This document shows, piece after piece, positions 63,843 to 64,000 of a stretch of DNA of 64,000 bases; the stretch's first letter is position 1; every line of letters starts with the position of its first letter. The notes under the pieces are model-generated. The model made no database searches. It saw only the letters and a list, made by a program, of their open reading frames with translations, and had not been told where the DNA came from. The translations under genes were made by a program, and so were the position numbers. This DNA is from Chlorokybus atmophyticus (Eukaryota; Plantae; Mesostigma and Chlorokybus algae). The stretch is taken from positions 478,519 through 542,518 of the forward strand of contig RHPI01000773.1 in assembly GCA_009103225.1 (NCBI GenBank). Direction: 5' to 3'.

Positions 63843-64000
63843 TTAACTATCATTAAGAAAAGCAGTTCCATCCTGCTCAAGCCTAACAACGTACTTGTTA
63901 GGGTGAAGCTCTTGCAGATTAATTACACAGTCTTTGCTGAGGTGGACGCGTCCGGGCCTACCGGAGCTCTCCATCTTATTGGCTATCTGCACGGTCTCCC
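63843..64000 (-). CDS. C-terminal end of a class III adenylyl/guanylyl cyclase domain; runs off the window edge
   Basis: (G)ETVQIANKMESSGRPGRVHLSKDCV matches the GDTVN.A.RMES.G.PG.I..S signature; TAA at 63845-63843. Confidence 0.75.
   Translation of the reverse strand, partial: ETVQIANKMESSGRPGRVHLSKDCVINLQELHPNKYVVRLEQDGTAFLNDS

Overview
Eukaryotic, GC-rich, intron-containing DNA. A plant-type CH-domain kinesin-14 next to the ciliary gene ARMC2 suggests a flagellate green or streptophyte alga (inference). Left part (1-33 kb): host genes (SDR 3' end, WD40 pseudogene, KCH-type kinesin-14, ARMC2), decayed local duplicates of them, two TRIM mini-LTR elements, a pogo/Tigger element and other relics. 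Right part (35.5-63.3 kb): a truncated Ty3/gypsy chromovirus, then a scrambled nest that can be rebuilt from the sequence. Undoing an ~18.3-kb inversion (~40732-58990) and removing a 7.3-kb Tx1/L1 LINE (TSD AAAGCATGCC) and a Ty1/copia (TSD CTTAC) leaves a spliced multi-gene block. That block holds a Plavaka-type transposase (zinc finger, DDE-type core, BAH), a zinc finger-Tudor-C5 DNA methyltransferase of phage-like type, a zinc finger-OTU-RING gene, an Agenet/Tudor-like gene and one unknown gene. Clusters of an ATGGTAC motif lie upstream of these genes. I read this as a large DNA transposon carrying chromatin and ubiquitin cargo, decayed in this copy; its termini are not established. All domain calls come from motif recognition by eye, without database searches.
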